A program made the position numbers and the translations under genes. From assembly GCA_951406725.2 (NCBI GenBank), contig OX597831.1, positions 30,070,001 through 30,134,000 of the forward strand: 64,000 nucleotides of DNA, in the 5' to 3' direction. Under the pieces are notes generated by a model that ran no database searches, was not told where the DNA came from, and saw only the letters and a program-made list of their open reading frames with translations. Of the stretch, positions 13,992 through 26,500 are shown piece after piece; positions within the stretch are counted from its first letter, which is position 1; each line of letters starts with the position of its first letter. Source of the DNA: Octopus vulgaris (Eukaryota).

Positions 13992-14735
13992 TCAGTCTTC
14001 TTCATCTTTCACTTTTGAAGATTTCTTCTTTTTACTTTTCTTTTTTGACGGAGTCTCTGTATTTTCTGTAACATCCACATCAACAGATTCTTTCTTTTTC
14101 TTCCCCTTCAGCGGAGTCGTTGATTCCCCATCTTCCTCTTCAGCACCCAACTTCTTTTTCTTCTTCTTCTTTGATGAAGACTGCGTATTTACAACTTCCT
14201 CCTCCTCTGCTTCATCATCTTCATCGTCATCACCAGATTTCTTCTTCTTCTTCTTCTTTTTCAACACAGGAGTTTCCGTATTTACAACCTCTGCTTCCTC
14301 TTCATCTTCAGCCTTCTTTTTCTTCTTCTTCTTCTTTGAAGATGGAGTTTCTGTATTTACAACTACTACCTCTTCCTTCTCCTCCTCTTCCTCATCACCA
14401 GATTTCTTTTTCTTTTTCTTCTTTTTCTTTGACGGAGTCTCCACCTCATCACCGCCACCATTAACCGTTTCCACCTCCTCCACCACACTTTCATCATGCT
14501 TCTTTTTCTTCTTCTTCTTGCTCTTCTCTGTCACATCAGCCTCAGCTTCTTCATCTGCCAACTTCCTCTTTTTCTTTGAAGAAACCAACTTATCCCCGCC
14601 ACCGCTCTCATCAACAGGAACGCCCACCACAGTGTCGCCATTGACCATAGCATTGTCTGGCAGTTCTACAATTGACAGAGACTTTTTCTTCTTTTTCTTT
14701 TCCTTCTTCTGGTGCTTGACATAAAGATTGGCAAC
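13992..14735 (-). CDS. NOP56: NOP56 exon 10 (K/E-rich C-terminal tail)
   Basis: ttttcag|GTTGCC in phase 0, in frame with ORF 13992..14648; poly-K and poly-E/D blocks; TGA stop. Confidence 0.88.
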   Translation of the reverse strand, partial: VANLYVKHQKKEKKKKKKSLSIVELPDNAMVNGDTVVGVPVDESGGGDKLVSSKKKRKLADEEAEADVTEKSKKKKKKKHDESVVEEVETVNGGGDEVETPSKKKKKKKKKSGDEEEEEKEEVVVVNTETPSSKKKKKKKKAEDEEEAEVVNTETPVLKKKKKKKKSGDDDEDDEAEEEEVVNTQSSSKKKKKKKLGAEEEDGESTTPLKGKKKKESVDVDVTENTETPSKKKSKKKKSSKVKDEED

Positions 14736-17700
14736 CTGAAAATAAACAAAAACTAATTAGACATGACAGCAGTAATTAGATATAACTTATTAACAATTAA
14801 AAAAAGCAATCAGTGAAATGGATAAGACCAGGTTTAATGTTCTCCAACACCAAATATGCAGTAATTAAACATGTAATAATTTGTTCTAATTTTGGCACTA
14901 GGCCAGCAATTTTTTGAGGGGAAGTGGAAGTTAAAAATGACCATTCCGAAATACAACAATGAAGTTAAATTCCATTGAGGTTTATTTTATCAACAGTGAA
15001 AAGATGAAAGGCAAAGACAATCCTGGCAGATATGTATCCAGAACGTAAAGCCTCTAAGTATCATCATCATCATTTAACGTCCGCTTTCCATGCTAGCATG
15101 GGTTGGACGATTTGACTGAGGGCTGGCAAAGCAGATGGCTACACCATGCTCCAATCTGATCTGGCAGTTTCTACAGCTGGATGCCCTTCCTAACGCCAAC
15201 CAATCCGAGAGTATTTTGTCCAAAATATTAACAATTCTGCCAGATTGCTGTCTCGAGATACAGTATAATAATTAAGCAGTAATTAGGTGTGACATAACAA
15301 TTAAACAAACTGGCATTAGTAAAGTCATCCAGCTGTAGAAATCACACCAAGTAGACATGACAAACTGTTTACAAATTAGTAAAGTCACACCAAGTAGACA
15401 TGTCAGTACTAGTAGAACCGTCCAACCCATACTGACATGCAAAAATAGATGTTAAATGATGATAACGATAATGATGTTAACTCTCAGTGAATTACTTTGC
15501 AAAAATATGACCACAGAAGAGGGGGAAGTTAGAGCAAAAGGACAATGTATGATAAGATATGAAAGAACAAGGGAAGGATTTTGCATCACTTTTCCTCAGA
15601 CCCAAAGTGACCACACACTGGCCAACCTTGGTCCCTGGGGTTGACTAACATATGCGAAGTTGCTGTAGCAGCAGACTCCAGCATTCTGAGCGCAAGGATG
15701 GTCTCATCATTGGAGAAGTGAGCAAAACCTAAAAGATCACATTATACAGACACCATGCACTAATATATTGCATCCAATCCAAAGGTTTTTGTTCTTTTTT
15801 TTTAACTCCATATTCACACACTATCATTTATAGCCTTATCTGCCTCGAGTTTCATAATTAAAAATTAATTAAATAAATAAATACTCACCTCAGCCAGTGC
15901 CAGTCTCATGATATCAATGTTCTTCTTTGGCGTGGAACCTGTTTCAAAATACAAGAGCCTGTCTTCTACTTGCTGCCGGAGATGTACACCAATCACAGAA
16001 TTTGGGAAATCTGGAACATAACGAACACCATATTTTCAATACTAACAATGAACGATAAGGTGATGTACATCAATAACAGTAAACCATGAACAATAGGAGG
16101 ATGTACTGTTAAAGCCAGTTAATGAAACAAACTGACAGCACAGTGGTATACACAATTAACATAAACCCATGTGAACACACACAAGATTTGATAGATGACA
16201 AAAGCAGGACGTGCAGCAGGTTCCATAGTCTGGATGCCCTTCCTAATGCCAACCACAGAAGCCATACATAATAAGGGTGTTTAGCAGATGACTCTTTAAT
16301 TTAAGTAAGGAATTGACAAAGGTATCAGTGAATAGGTACAGATTCTCATCATTTAACCCTTTAGTGTTCAGATTACTCTGTTAAATGTAATACTTTTTGA
16401 CTCAAATTGTTTTGAATTAATCATGCATTATCTTATAGCTTTGAGGTTTCAATGATGTGATTGTTTATTTTCAGAATGGCATTGTAGGTTAGGAGTGAGA
16501 GGCTAGATATCGCCAGTTTGAATATAAAACATGTAGAATATATTGGGCCGGATTTGGCCGGTTTAAACACTAAAGGGTTAACGTCCACTTTCCATGCTAG
16601 CATGGGTTGGATGATTTGACCGAGGACTAGCGAACCAGATAGCTGCCCCAGGCTCCAATCCGATCTGGCAGGGTTTCTACAGCTGGATGCCCTTCCTAAT
16701 GCCAACCATTCCGAGTGTAGTGGATGCTTTTACATGCCACCAGCACGAGGGCCAGTCAAGTGGTAATGGCAACGAACACGCTGTAGAAACAATAGACGAA
16801 AATCACACCACAGATGATCAAATTTATTGCTGCAACCCATTAGCACTTACACTGGCTATTACGTGGCCCAAATATCTGTCTTAAGCTCAAACTGGCCACA
16901 TCCAGCATCTCACACCTACCCAACAGTGCTCTTCTAAAAACAGACAATCACATCGAAATGTTGAAGATATATAACAATAAATGATTAATTCAAAACAATG
17001 TTAGGAAGGGCATCCAGCCGTAAAAATCGTGCCAAAACATACACAGAAGTCTGGTGCAGTCTTATGCCTGGCCAGTTCTGGTGAAACTGTACAACTAATA
17101 CCAGCATGGAAGGCAGATGTTAAACAATGGTGTTGATGATTGTGAATAAAGAGCTGTTATGTTTGACTGAGGAATCTGAATTCTAAAAGGTTAAATCAAC
17201 AGAAATATTGCCAAAGCCAGACTTCTTAAGATTATTTGGGCAAGGAAGGGTCTTAGCATTGAAACCCTGTTGAAGGTCTACAAAATTCCTTTATTATTTA
17301 CAAATTAGCTGTATGCTCCAAAAAGAACCAAAACCAAGTCAACCGCAGATGCCATCTTACTACATGACCTTATCATTTACACTTCTATCAAAGCACCACA
17401 ACTACTACTCACCTGCAAAACAATCAACCCTGGTGGCCAGAGAACATTTGTTAGCCAAAAACCGAGATATCCTGCCCTTGTTTTGGGCGCCAGCACGCCC
17501 GATGAATGTGGAGTGAAATATTAGACCATATTTTGGTGTGTTCCCTCGAACCTTCAAAGCTCTGAAAATAGAAAATACATAGAAAGTTCAATCAAAGGAG
17601 TCACAGCAGAGCAAAAATAATGCTTTTACAGAAATTCTACATTTTCAAAACTGTTGTACAATATGGCATGGAAGAGTGAGGGGGGAGGGGGACTGCTGTG

Positions 17701-20700
17701 ATAATTGCATTTACATCTCCTTGGGTGGTTCTCTGCTCAAACATACAACAGCAAGTGGAATCCACAGCTGACTGTCAAACTAACTGATCACACAAATGTG
17801 TGTATATGTATATATATAGTTTGATTTTTATGTCATGTTTGTGGAGGCGCAATGGCCCAGTGGTTAGGGCAGCAGACTCGTGCAGACCGGGCGTTGTGTG
17901 TGTTTATTGAACGAAAACACCTAAAAGCTGCATGAGGCTCAAGCAGGGGGTGATGGCGACCCCTGTTGTACTCTTTAGCCACAACTTTCTCTTCCCGTTT
18001 CTTGAGTAACACTGCAATGGACTGGCGTCCAAGTCCAGCTGTGGGGAACACATACGCCACAGAAACCGGGCCCATGAGCCTAGTTCGGCTTGAAAAGGGC
18101 GACGTTTATCATTATGTCATGTTATATATTAACACAATTCAATACTAAGCTGAAGAATTACTCAAAACCTTTTAGCAGAATAGCTAACTGGCACACTCCA
18201 TTGATTATAAGGGTTCCGGTTTATTTGATCAATGGAACAGTCTGCTAATGAAATGAACATGCACGTGGCTGAGCACAAACAAGCACACGCTCCATGTAGT
18301 TCTCAAGGAGATTCAGTGTGACACAGAGTGTGACAAGGCTGGCCCTTTGAAATACAGGTAAAACTCATTCTTGCCAGCTGAGTGGACTGGAGCAATGTGA
18401 AATAACGTCTTGCTCAAGGACACAATGCACAATTGGTAATTGAGCACATGTAAATTACTTGGTTTTACAAGAGGTGACAGTGACTTCGAAGTTCCTGCCT
18501 GCTAGCCTTCAACAGACTGTCAGGGATACACTCACACACAATGGGCTTCTTTCAGTTTCCATCTACCTAATCAACATGAGGCCACAGTAGAAAAAAAAAA
18601 CTGTTTCGGAGTGCCACATAGCAGGATTGAACCAGAAACCATGTGACTGACAGGCAAACTCCTTACCACACAGCCATGTCCATGCAAATAGAAAACAAAG
18701 ATCTCAGGTTCATAACACTTGGAAAAACTTCAAAAAGTCCCATCAGTCCAGACTAAATATGAAAAGCTCCAAACTTTAGCACAAACTCCAAAACAGAATG
18801 AACAAATTATTCCACGCAACAGCACCAACTCTGTAACTGGTCATTGCATATGTCTTACCTGAAGAGTGCCTTCTCAGCTCCAAGAATCTGTAAAGTTGAT
18901 GCCGGACATTTGGCAAGATTTGTTAAACTTCCAGCATGAGAAATAAGTCGAGCACCAACCTGTCCGAAACAAACCATTTGAAAATCAAACATTTTTATCC
19001 ACAGACAAAATTAAGAGGAACACAGCAAATGGTAGGCACCAATTCTTGTTTGGCATACTACCTGCCTGCCAATGTGAAACAATGATAAAGTAGAGACGTC
19101 ATTAAATACCCACCACCCATTCTGAGTTAACTTGGTTCAACCAAAGCCATTTCTTTAACCCTTTCGTTACCATATTTCTGTTGAGATGCTCTGTGTTTCT
19201 TAGTAAAACAACTTGTCATTAAGCTAGTGTTAGGAACATAAATTGTGACTAAGGTTTGGTGGAAGATTTTAATTCAAAACTTTTGAAAATAAGACATTTG
19301 TACTACAGAGTCAGAAGTGGTTTCAGCTGGGTTAGTATCAAAAGGGTTAACCCCTCCCCACCACCAATTCAGACCTTTCTTTTAAATAGAACACTTATTT
19401 ATTCAAGCAGTTTTGAATTAATCACGCATTATCTCAGTTTCAAGTTTTCGATAATGCAATTATTTATTTCAGAATGACATTGTAGGCAAAGTGTGAGGGA
19501 CCGGATTTGGCTGGTTTATGAATATTAATTCTGGCATTAGGAAGGGCATCCATGCCAAATCAGATTGGAACCTGATGCAGCTTTTCAGCTTCAGTCAAAG
19601 CGTTCAACCCATGCCAGCATGGAAACCAGATGCTCAATGATGATGAAAGTATGAACATGATAGATGTAGGAGTGGCTGTGTGGTAAGTAGTTTGCTTACC
19701 AACCACATGGTTCTGGGTTCAGTCCCACTGCATGGTACCTTGGGCAAGTGTCTTCTACCATAGCCCCGGGCTGACCAAAGCCTTGCGAGTGGATTTGGTA
19801 GACGGAAACTGAAAGAAGCCCGTCGTGTATATGTTTGTGTGTTTGACCCCACCAAAATTGCTTGACAACCGATGGTGGTGTGTTTATGTCCTTTTACTTA
19901 GCAGTTCGGCAAAAGAGCCCAATAGAATAAGTACCAGGCTTCCAAAGAATAAGTCCTGGGGTCGATTTGCTCAACTAAAAGCAGTGCTCCAGCATGGCCA
20001 TTGTCAAATGACTGAAACAAGTAAAAGAGTATGACACACTTGAACAACAGAATCCATTTAGGTTCCCAATGAATAACAGGTATAATGCCAGCCTCGTGCC
20101 TACAGGCCCATAAGGCTGAAACTTGCCTGAAAAGTTTAGGTAAGTTAACCCCATAGATCCCACTGGTACACATTTTCAGCACTAAAATACATAAGACAGA
20201 CAACTAATATTTGATAAACATCTAATATGTAGTAAATAACTGATATATGTATAAGCACAGTAAACATATAACATACAGTAAAGAACAACAAGCAGAGAAA
20301 CACATATTTATCTTACCATGTGCCAACCCACAGCTAATATTGGTTTCAATACTGATTTGAAGGCAGTGAGCTGGCAGAATTGTAAGCACGTTGGGTGAAA
20401 TGCTTAGCAGTATTTAGTCTGTCTTTATGTTCTGAGTTCAAATTCCGTTGAGGTCAACTTTGCCTTTCATCCTTTCCGGGTTGATTAAATAAGTACCAGT
20501 TATGCACTGGGGTCGATGTAATCGACTCAATCCCTTTGTCTGTCTCCCCTATGTTTAGCCCCGTGCGAGCAATAAAGAAATAAATTTTGATTTCAAATTT
20601 GGGCACAAGGCCAGCAATTTTGGACGAGGGGATAAATCAATATCAGTGACCCCCAGCACTTCACTGGTACTTATTTTATTGACCTGAAAGGATGAAAGGC

Positions 20701-23496
20701 AAACTTGACCTCGACGGAATTTGAACCCAGAACATAGGGGTGGATAAAATGCTACCGAGCATTATGCCCGGCATGCAAATGATTCTGTCAGATTGCTGCC
20801 CTACTCACAGCCAATATCAAATTATAGTTTTAGGTTTACAAGACAGATTAAACGATCAGCATTCACATTACTCTGTCGAATGTAACACTTATACCCTCAT
20901 GTTCTTTTGAATTAATAATCATGTATTATGATGTACCTTCAAAATTTCAATGAAGCAACTGTTTATTTTGAAAATGACATTGTGAGATAGGTGTGAGAGG
21001 CCTGATTCAGCCAGACTATTTATGCATGATTTGGCTGGTTAAAATAGTAAAACCCCTTTGACTACATTTATTACTGATTTGCAAAAAGGCCAGAGGCACA
21101 GACACCTTCAAATCATGATTACCATTTTAAAAGTCTGCTTTTCTATGGCTCGATACCATCCCTACTGCCAAGCAAAGTAATTTCTCCCTAAGGCCAGACA
21201 TGTTTTGATAGAATACTGGATATATTTATAACAGTATGTGTTGTCAAAACAAGGATATACACACACATACATTTCTTTCAGTTTCCAGCCACCAACTTCA
21301 CTTACCAAGCTTTGTTTGGCCCAGGGTTAGAATAGGAAAGTCACCCAAGGTGCCACACAGTAGGACTGAATCCCAAACCATACGGTTGGGCAGCAAACCC
21401 ATATAATGACACAGCCATGCCTGTGCTTATATTCTTTTATAAAAGATCTGTGATGAGACATAACTACCAAAGCCCACCCACAATCTGTAAATGCCATTTT
21501 TTATCCACTGGCACACCACATTTGACAGACACATTACATAAACCCGTTCCTGTGATAATTTTGATGAAGAGAGAAAGATCGAAATAGCTTACCGTTTCTC
21601 CGATTAATGCTGTGAGATTTGGTGCAACTTGAGACATTTTCTTTTGCAGATATTCCACAAGATTAGCTCGATATTCAATGAGGTCAACCACACGTTTAGC
21701 AAACATCTCAATGTTTAGTAAGTCTATGACTGATATATCCATACCTGAAATAAAGATTAGATTAAGATATTAAATATAAATAGGCAAAGGCATAACTGTG
21801 AGGTAAGAAGTTTTCTTCACAACCACGTGGATTCAGGTTCAGTTCCACCGAATGACACCATCGCCAAGTTTCTTCTAACCAAGTCCCAGGTCTACCAAAG
21901 CCTCGGGAAAGAAATAAGTAGGTAGAACCTGATAGAAACCCACCGTCTTTGTGTGTGCGTCACAGTAGTATTAAATGAGAAGCACAATCTTGCAAATGAT
22001 GCCCGTTTCCAATATTCTGTGAAAACACACCTGCCCATGGGGGAATATTACTTTACCTGGTTGGAATCAGGTAAGGGTCGGTGACAAAAAATCTGCCTCA
22101 GTAGATAACGTTCAACCCAGGCAACCAAGGAAAAGTGGACGTTAAAATGATGATGATAACCCTAATTAAAACACATTAGGGAGACATGATAAATAATATT
22201 TAACAAAAAAAAAAAAAAAAAAAGCAAGAGTATATAATGTGACACTACCATTTTGGAGTTGTTTCCCTGTCACTCTAAAATTCCCCCCACGTCCTGATAT
22301 TTGTCTTTTTCCCAACTACTAAGAAGCTGTGGAGGTGCAATGGCCCAGTGGTTAGGGCAGCGGACTCGCGGCCGGAGGATCGCAGTTTCGATTCCCAGAC
22401 TGAGCGTTGTGTGTTTACACCTAAAAGCTTCGACAGGAGGTAGTGGCGACCCTTGCTGTACTCCTTCGCCACAACTTTCTCTCACTCTCTCTTCATGTTT
22501 CTTGAGTAACGCTGCGATGGATTGGCGTCCCGTCCAGCTGGGGGGAACACATGTGCCACAGAAACCAGGCCCATGAGCCTGGCTAGGCTTGAAAAGGGCG
22601 TAAAAAAAGAAGCTATTTTAATTAAGATAATTACCACTAGGAAGGCATGAAGGGTCAGTCTGAGGCAACATAGCTGTAGTAAATTCACATAAGTAGTGTG
22701 TAGCAAGTGCTAATACTTCAGACCCACAATGACACCGAAAGGGCAACTGAATTAAAAATGCAGTGGCATAAATAGCTGCAGGGCATTGTTGTAACCCCTG
22801 CCCAACTATTATTATTACTTGTCGATTGAATTAAAACCATTACACGGTTCCCTGGCTTGCTAGACATAACAGCCAAATATCTCTCAAATCAAAGGAAGGA
22901 AGAGCAATCAGAGTTGCCCGTCCGCTTGACAACCAGTGTTTGTGTAAATTAGCGGTTCTGCAAAAGAGACCGATAGAATAAGTACCAGGCTTTGAAAAAG
23001 AAAAAAAATTAAGCACTGGGGTTGATTTGTTTGACTAAAAACCTTCCAGGGAAGTGTTTCAGCATGGATGCAGTCGAATGACTGAAACAGGTAAAATAGC
23101 AACAAGCAGAGAAATATATATATACATTAGAAAAAACCACTATTATGTAATTCAAACAATGATAAACGTAAAACATACCATATAGAAAAAATAAAATATA
23201 TTATAAAACATTTACCCTAGATCACAATAAAGTACAAAATAATGTTTAATAATAGTTATGCTTACTTTATGTACTTTACTGTGATCTAGAAAAACGTTTT
23301 ATAATATATTTTATTTTTTTCTATATGGTATGATTTACATCTTTCATTGTTTGAATTACATAATAGTGGCTTTTCTCTAATCTCTCTCTATATATATATA
23401 TTTATTTTGTGAAAATTGATTTAATACTAAATTGAATTTTTCCCTGTAAGTTTGGAGTTATACTCCCTAATATTATATATATATATATATATATAT

Positions 23497-23530
<34 letters not shown>

Positions 23531-26500
23531 TTACAATTTATTAATTGAACATGATTAACACAAACAATTTCCCTCTCCTCAGACACATAGAGAAATTTGC
23601 ACACGCACATAAACAGGAGTGAGAGAGAGAAAAGAAGAAATATTTGAACGCCTGAGGCCCAAATAAGCCAGCATCAACTCAGTGATGCCAAAATAGATGC
23701 ACCAAGACATCTCATACTCTAAGCAAGCCATCTATTTCAAAGAGTTAATTCACAAAATTAAAAATTGAAACAAAACGGTCGGAACCAAATCTCACCCATT
23801 GAAGACTTTGATGCTTCATAAACAGACTGAGCTTTACTTCTGTCATTAAGAATCTCTTCCATAACATCTATAGTTTCTTCTGTAATCGTTTTCCGTGACT
23901 TGATGATTTTCACTAGTTTAGCGTACAGCGCTTGTTCTGGGACTATTTTGTAAAGTTCTGGAAAATGGTAGGAATACCACTCTCTGGAGCACAACAAACA
24001 ATTATATAAACATACACACATATATATATATACATCATCTTATTAAATTACAAAAACAAGCAACAACTACAACAATATCAAATGCATGTGTCCACTTTGT
24101 TTATCAGCAGTGATGGCCAGCACGATTATAGAGCAGCTCTTTTCATTGCCAACCATTATTTTTTGTATATATCCTCATAATACTACAGAAAACTGTGTGT
24201 ATTATATGCAGGAGATATGCCCCTACCCTAAAGATTATAGTAACAGCACACAAACATGGAGTATGTTTGTCAGCAAACATTAAATGTACTTGGGTATAGA
24301 ATTCCAGGTACAAGTAGAAGAATATGCATAGCTGTTTATGTACCAAGTTTAATTCTGCCACCACAATTAAAAATATGGCTGCAGACTCAAAGACTTGGAA
24401 ATAATCAAACAATTGAATTCAATTAAAACAAGGATGAATAAACCATGTAAATCTTAACCCTTCAGCATTCAGATTACTCTGTCAAATGTAATGCTTACTT
24501 TTATTTTTAAAAAATGTTTTTTTTATTTGTTTCAGTCATTTGATTGCGGCCATGCTGGGCACCGCCTTTAGTCGAGCAAACTGACCCAAGGACTTATTTG
24601 TTGTACTTATTCTGTCGGTCTCTCTTGCCGAACCACTAAGTGACAGCGGCGTAAACACACCAGCATCAGTTGTCAAGTGATGTTGGGGGGACAAACACAG
24701 ACATACATACATACCACGGGCTTCTTTCAGTTTCCGCCTACCAAATCCACTCACAAGGCTTTAGTCGGCCCGAGGCTATAGTAGAAGACACTTGCCCAAG
24801 GTGCCATGCAGTGGGACTTAACCCAGAACCATGTGGTTCGTAAGCAGGCTACTCACCACACAGCCACTCCTACACCTGCATTATCTCATAGCTTCGTGCA
24901 ATTTGTTTATTTTCAGAATGACATTGCAAGGTATGTGAGAGAGGTCAGATCTGACAGGCTGGATATGGCCAGTTTAACCCATTAACATTTAAACCAACCA
25001 AAATATTCTACCCATTTTAAGTTCAAACCAGCCAGACCCGGACTCTCACAGCTTCCTGACAATGTTATTCTTAAAATAAAGTCATATCATCAAAATCTCT
25101 CATTTCATTGGACAGAATAACCTGACCGCTGAAGGGTTAAACCAGCCAAAATATTCTGCCTCTTTTATGTTTAAACTGGCCAGATCCAACATCTCACACC
25201 TACTCTACAATGCCACAGTAAAATAAACAATCACATCATTGAAATCGAAGTCACAAGATAAAACATAATTCAAGACAATGTGAATAAATCATCATCATCG
25301 TTTAACGTCCGTTCTCCATGCTAGCATGGGTTGGACAGTTCGACCGGGAATCTGGGAAGCCAGAAGGCTGCATCAGGCTCCGGTCTTATCTGGCAAAGTT
25401 TCTACAGCTGGATGCCCATTTGACCCAAATCTGAACACTCAAGGATTAAAGTTTTATGTGGAATGTATAATTTCTCCGTTAACCCAAAGACAAGAATGCC
25501 TGAAAGCCACAACTTCACAGCAGAATATTGAATTTAAGACTCACCTGATCCTCATGCTGAATGCATTGATGTCTTTGTCCAATTGATCTAACAGTGCAAT
25601 ACTCTGAATAATCATGTTATCAACTCGGTTGATGTTGAACTTCACCTTGGCACGAGAATAGGCATGACCAAGGCCCAACTGGGCCTTGTTCTGGGTCACA
25701 GATGTCATCCCCTGCACCATTTTGTGGAAGTGGACTCGGATACCTGGCAAATAAACGACAACAATATTGGCTTCAAATTTTGGGGAAGGGTGAAAGTTGA
25801 CTACAGTGACACCCAGTGGATCAACTGGGTCTTAATTTTAAAACCCTCAAAAAAAGATTAAAGGCAAAGTCAACCTTGGTGGAATTTCAACTTTGAATTT
25901 ACAAAAGAGATTAAATGCAGTCGTGCATTCTGCCTGGTATACTAACGATTCTGCCATCTCACTGCATTATAAATAACAATAACGACAAAGCAGAAACAGA
26001 CAAAGAAAGTATTTAGAGAAAGGATCAGAGGCAAATCTCACACGACCCTTGTTTCAACAGCCTAGTTTAGATGCTTGCAAAGAGCAAACGAAATTCTCTA
26101 AGGAATAAGAACAAATGTAAGTTCTACTTAGACCAGTTTGCTCATTGGTTGGTCAACAACTGGGTGGAGAAGAACTGGTTTGGTGTAGGACACTAAAATC
26201 AGCAACAATTACAGAACTGGTGCCATAGACATTCGGTGTCCAATATCTTTTACTTGTTTCAGTCATTAGACTGTAACCATGAAAGGGCAACACCTTGAAG
26301 AATTATAAAACCCTGGTACTTATTCGATTGGACTCTTTTGTTGAACTAATAAGTTATGAGGATAAACAGATACAAAGCCCCCAACCCCACACTAAGGGCA
26401 CTTTTGGTCAGCCTGAGGCTATAATAGAAGACACCTGCCCAGGGACTGAACCTGGAACCATTTGGTCGGGAGGCAAGCTTCTTACCAATAGAAGTACCAG

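Noticed and set aside
13900-14724. 274-aa plus-strand ORF rich in poly-F and poly-S
   Set aside because: Antisense shadow of the NOP56 K/E-rich last exon
22715-22860. Minus-strand GTCATTGTGGGTCTGA and CAGGG resembling the 3' end of the U6 guide snoRNA
   Set aside because: No recognisable C box, terminal stem or antisense element
26212-26224. GCACCAGTTCT in snoRNA hairpin 1 is antisense to a 28S-like AGAACUGGUGC
   Set aside because: It lies in the upper stem, not a pocket at H/ACA guide spacing, and copies 2 and 6 vary there
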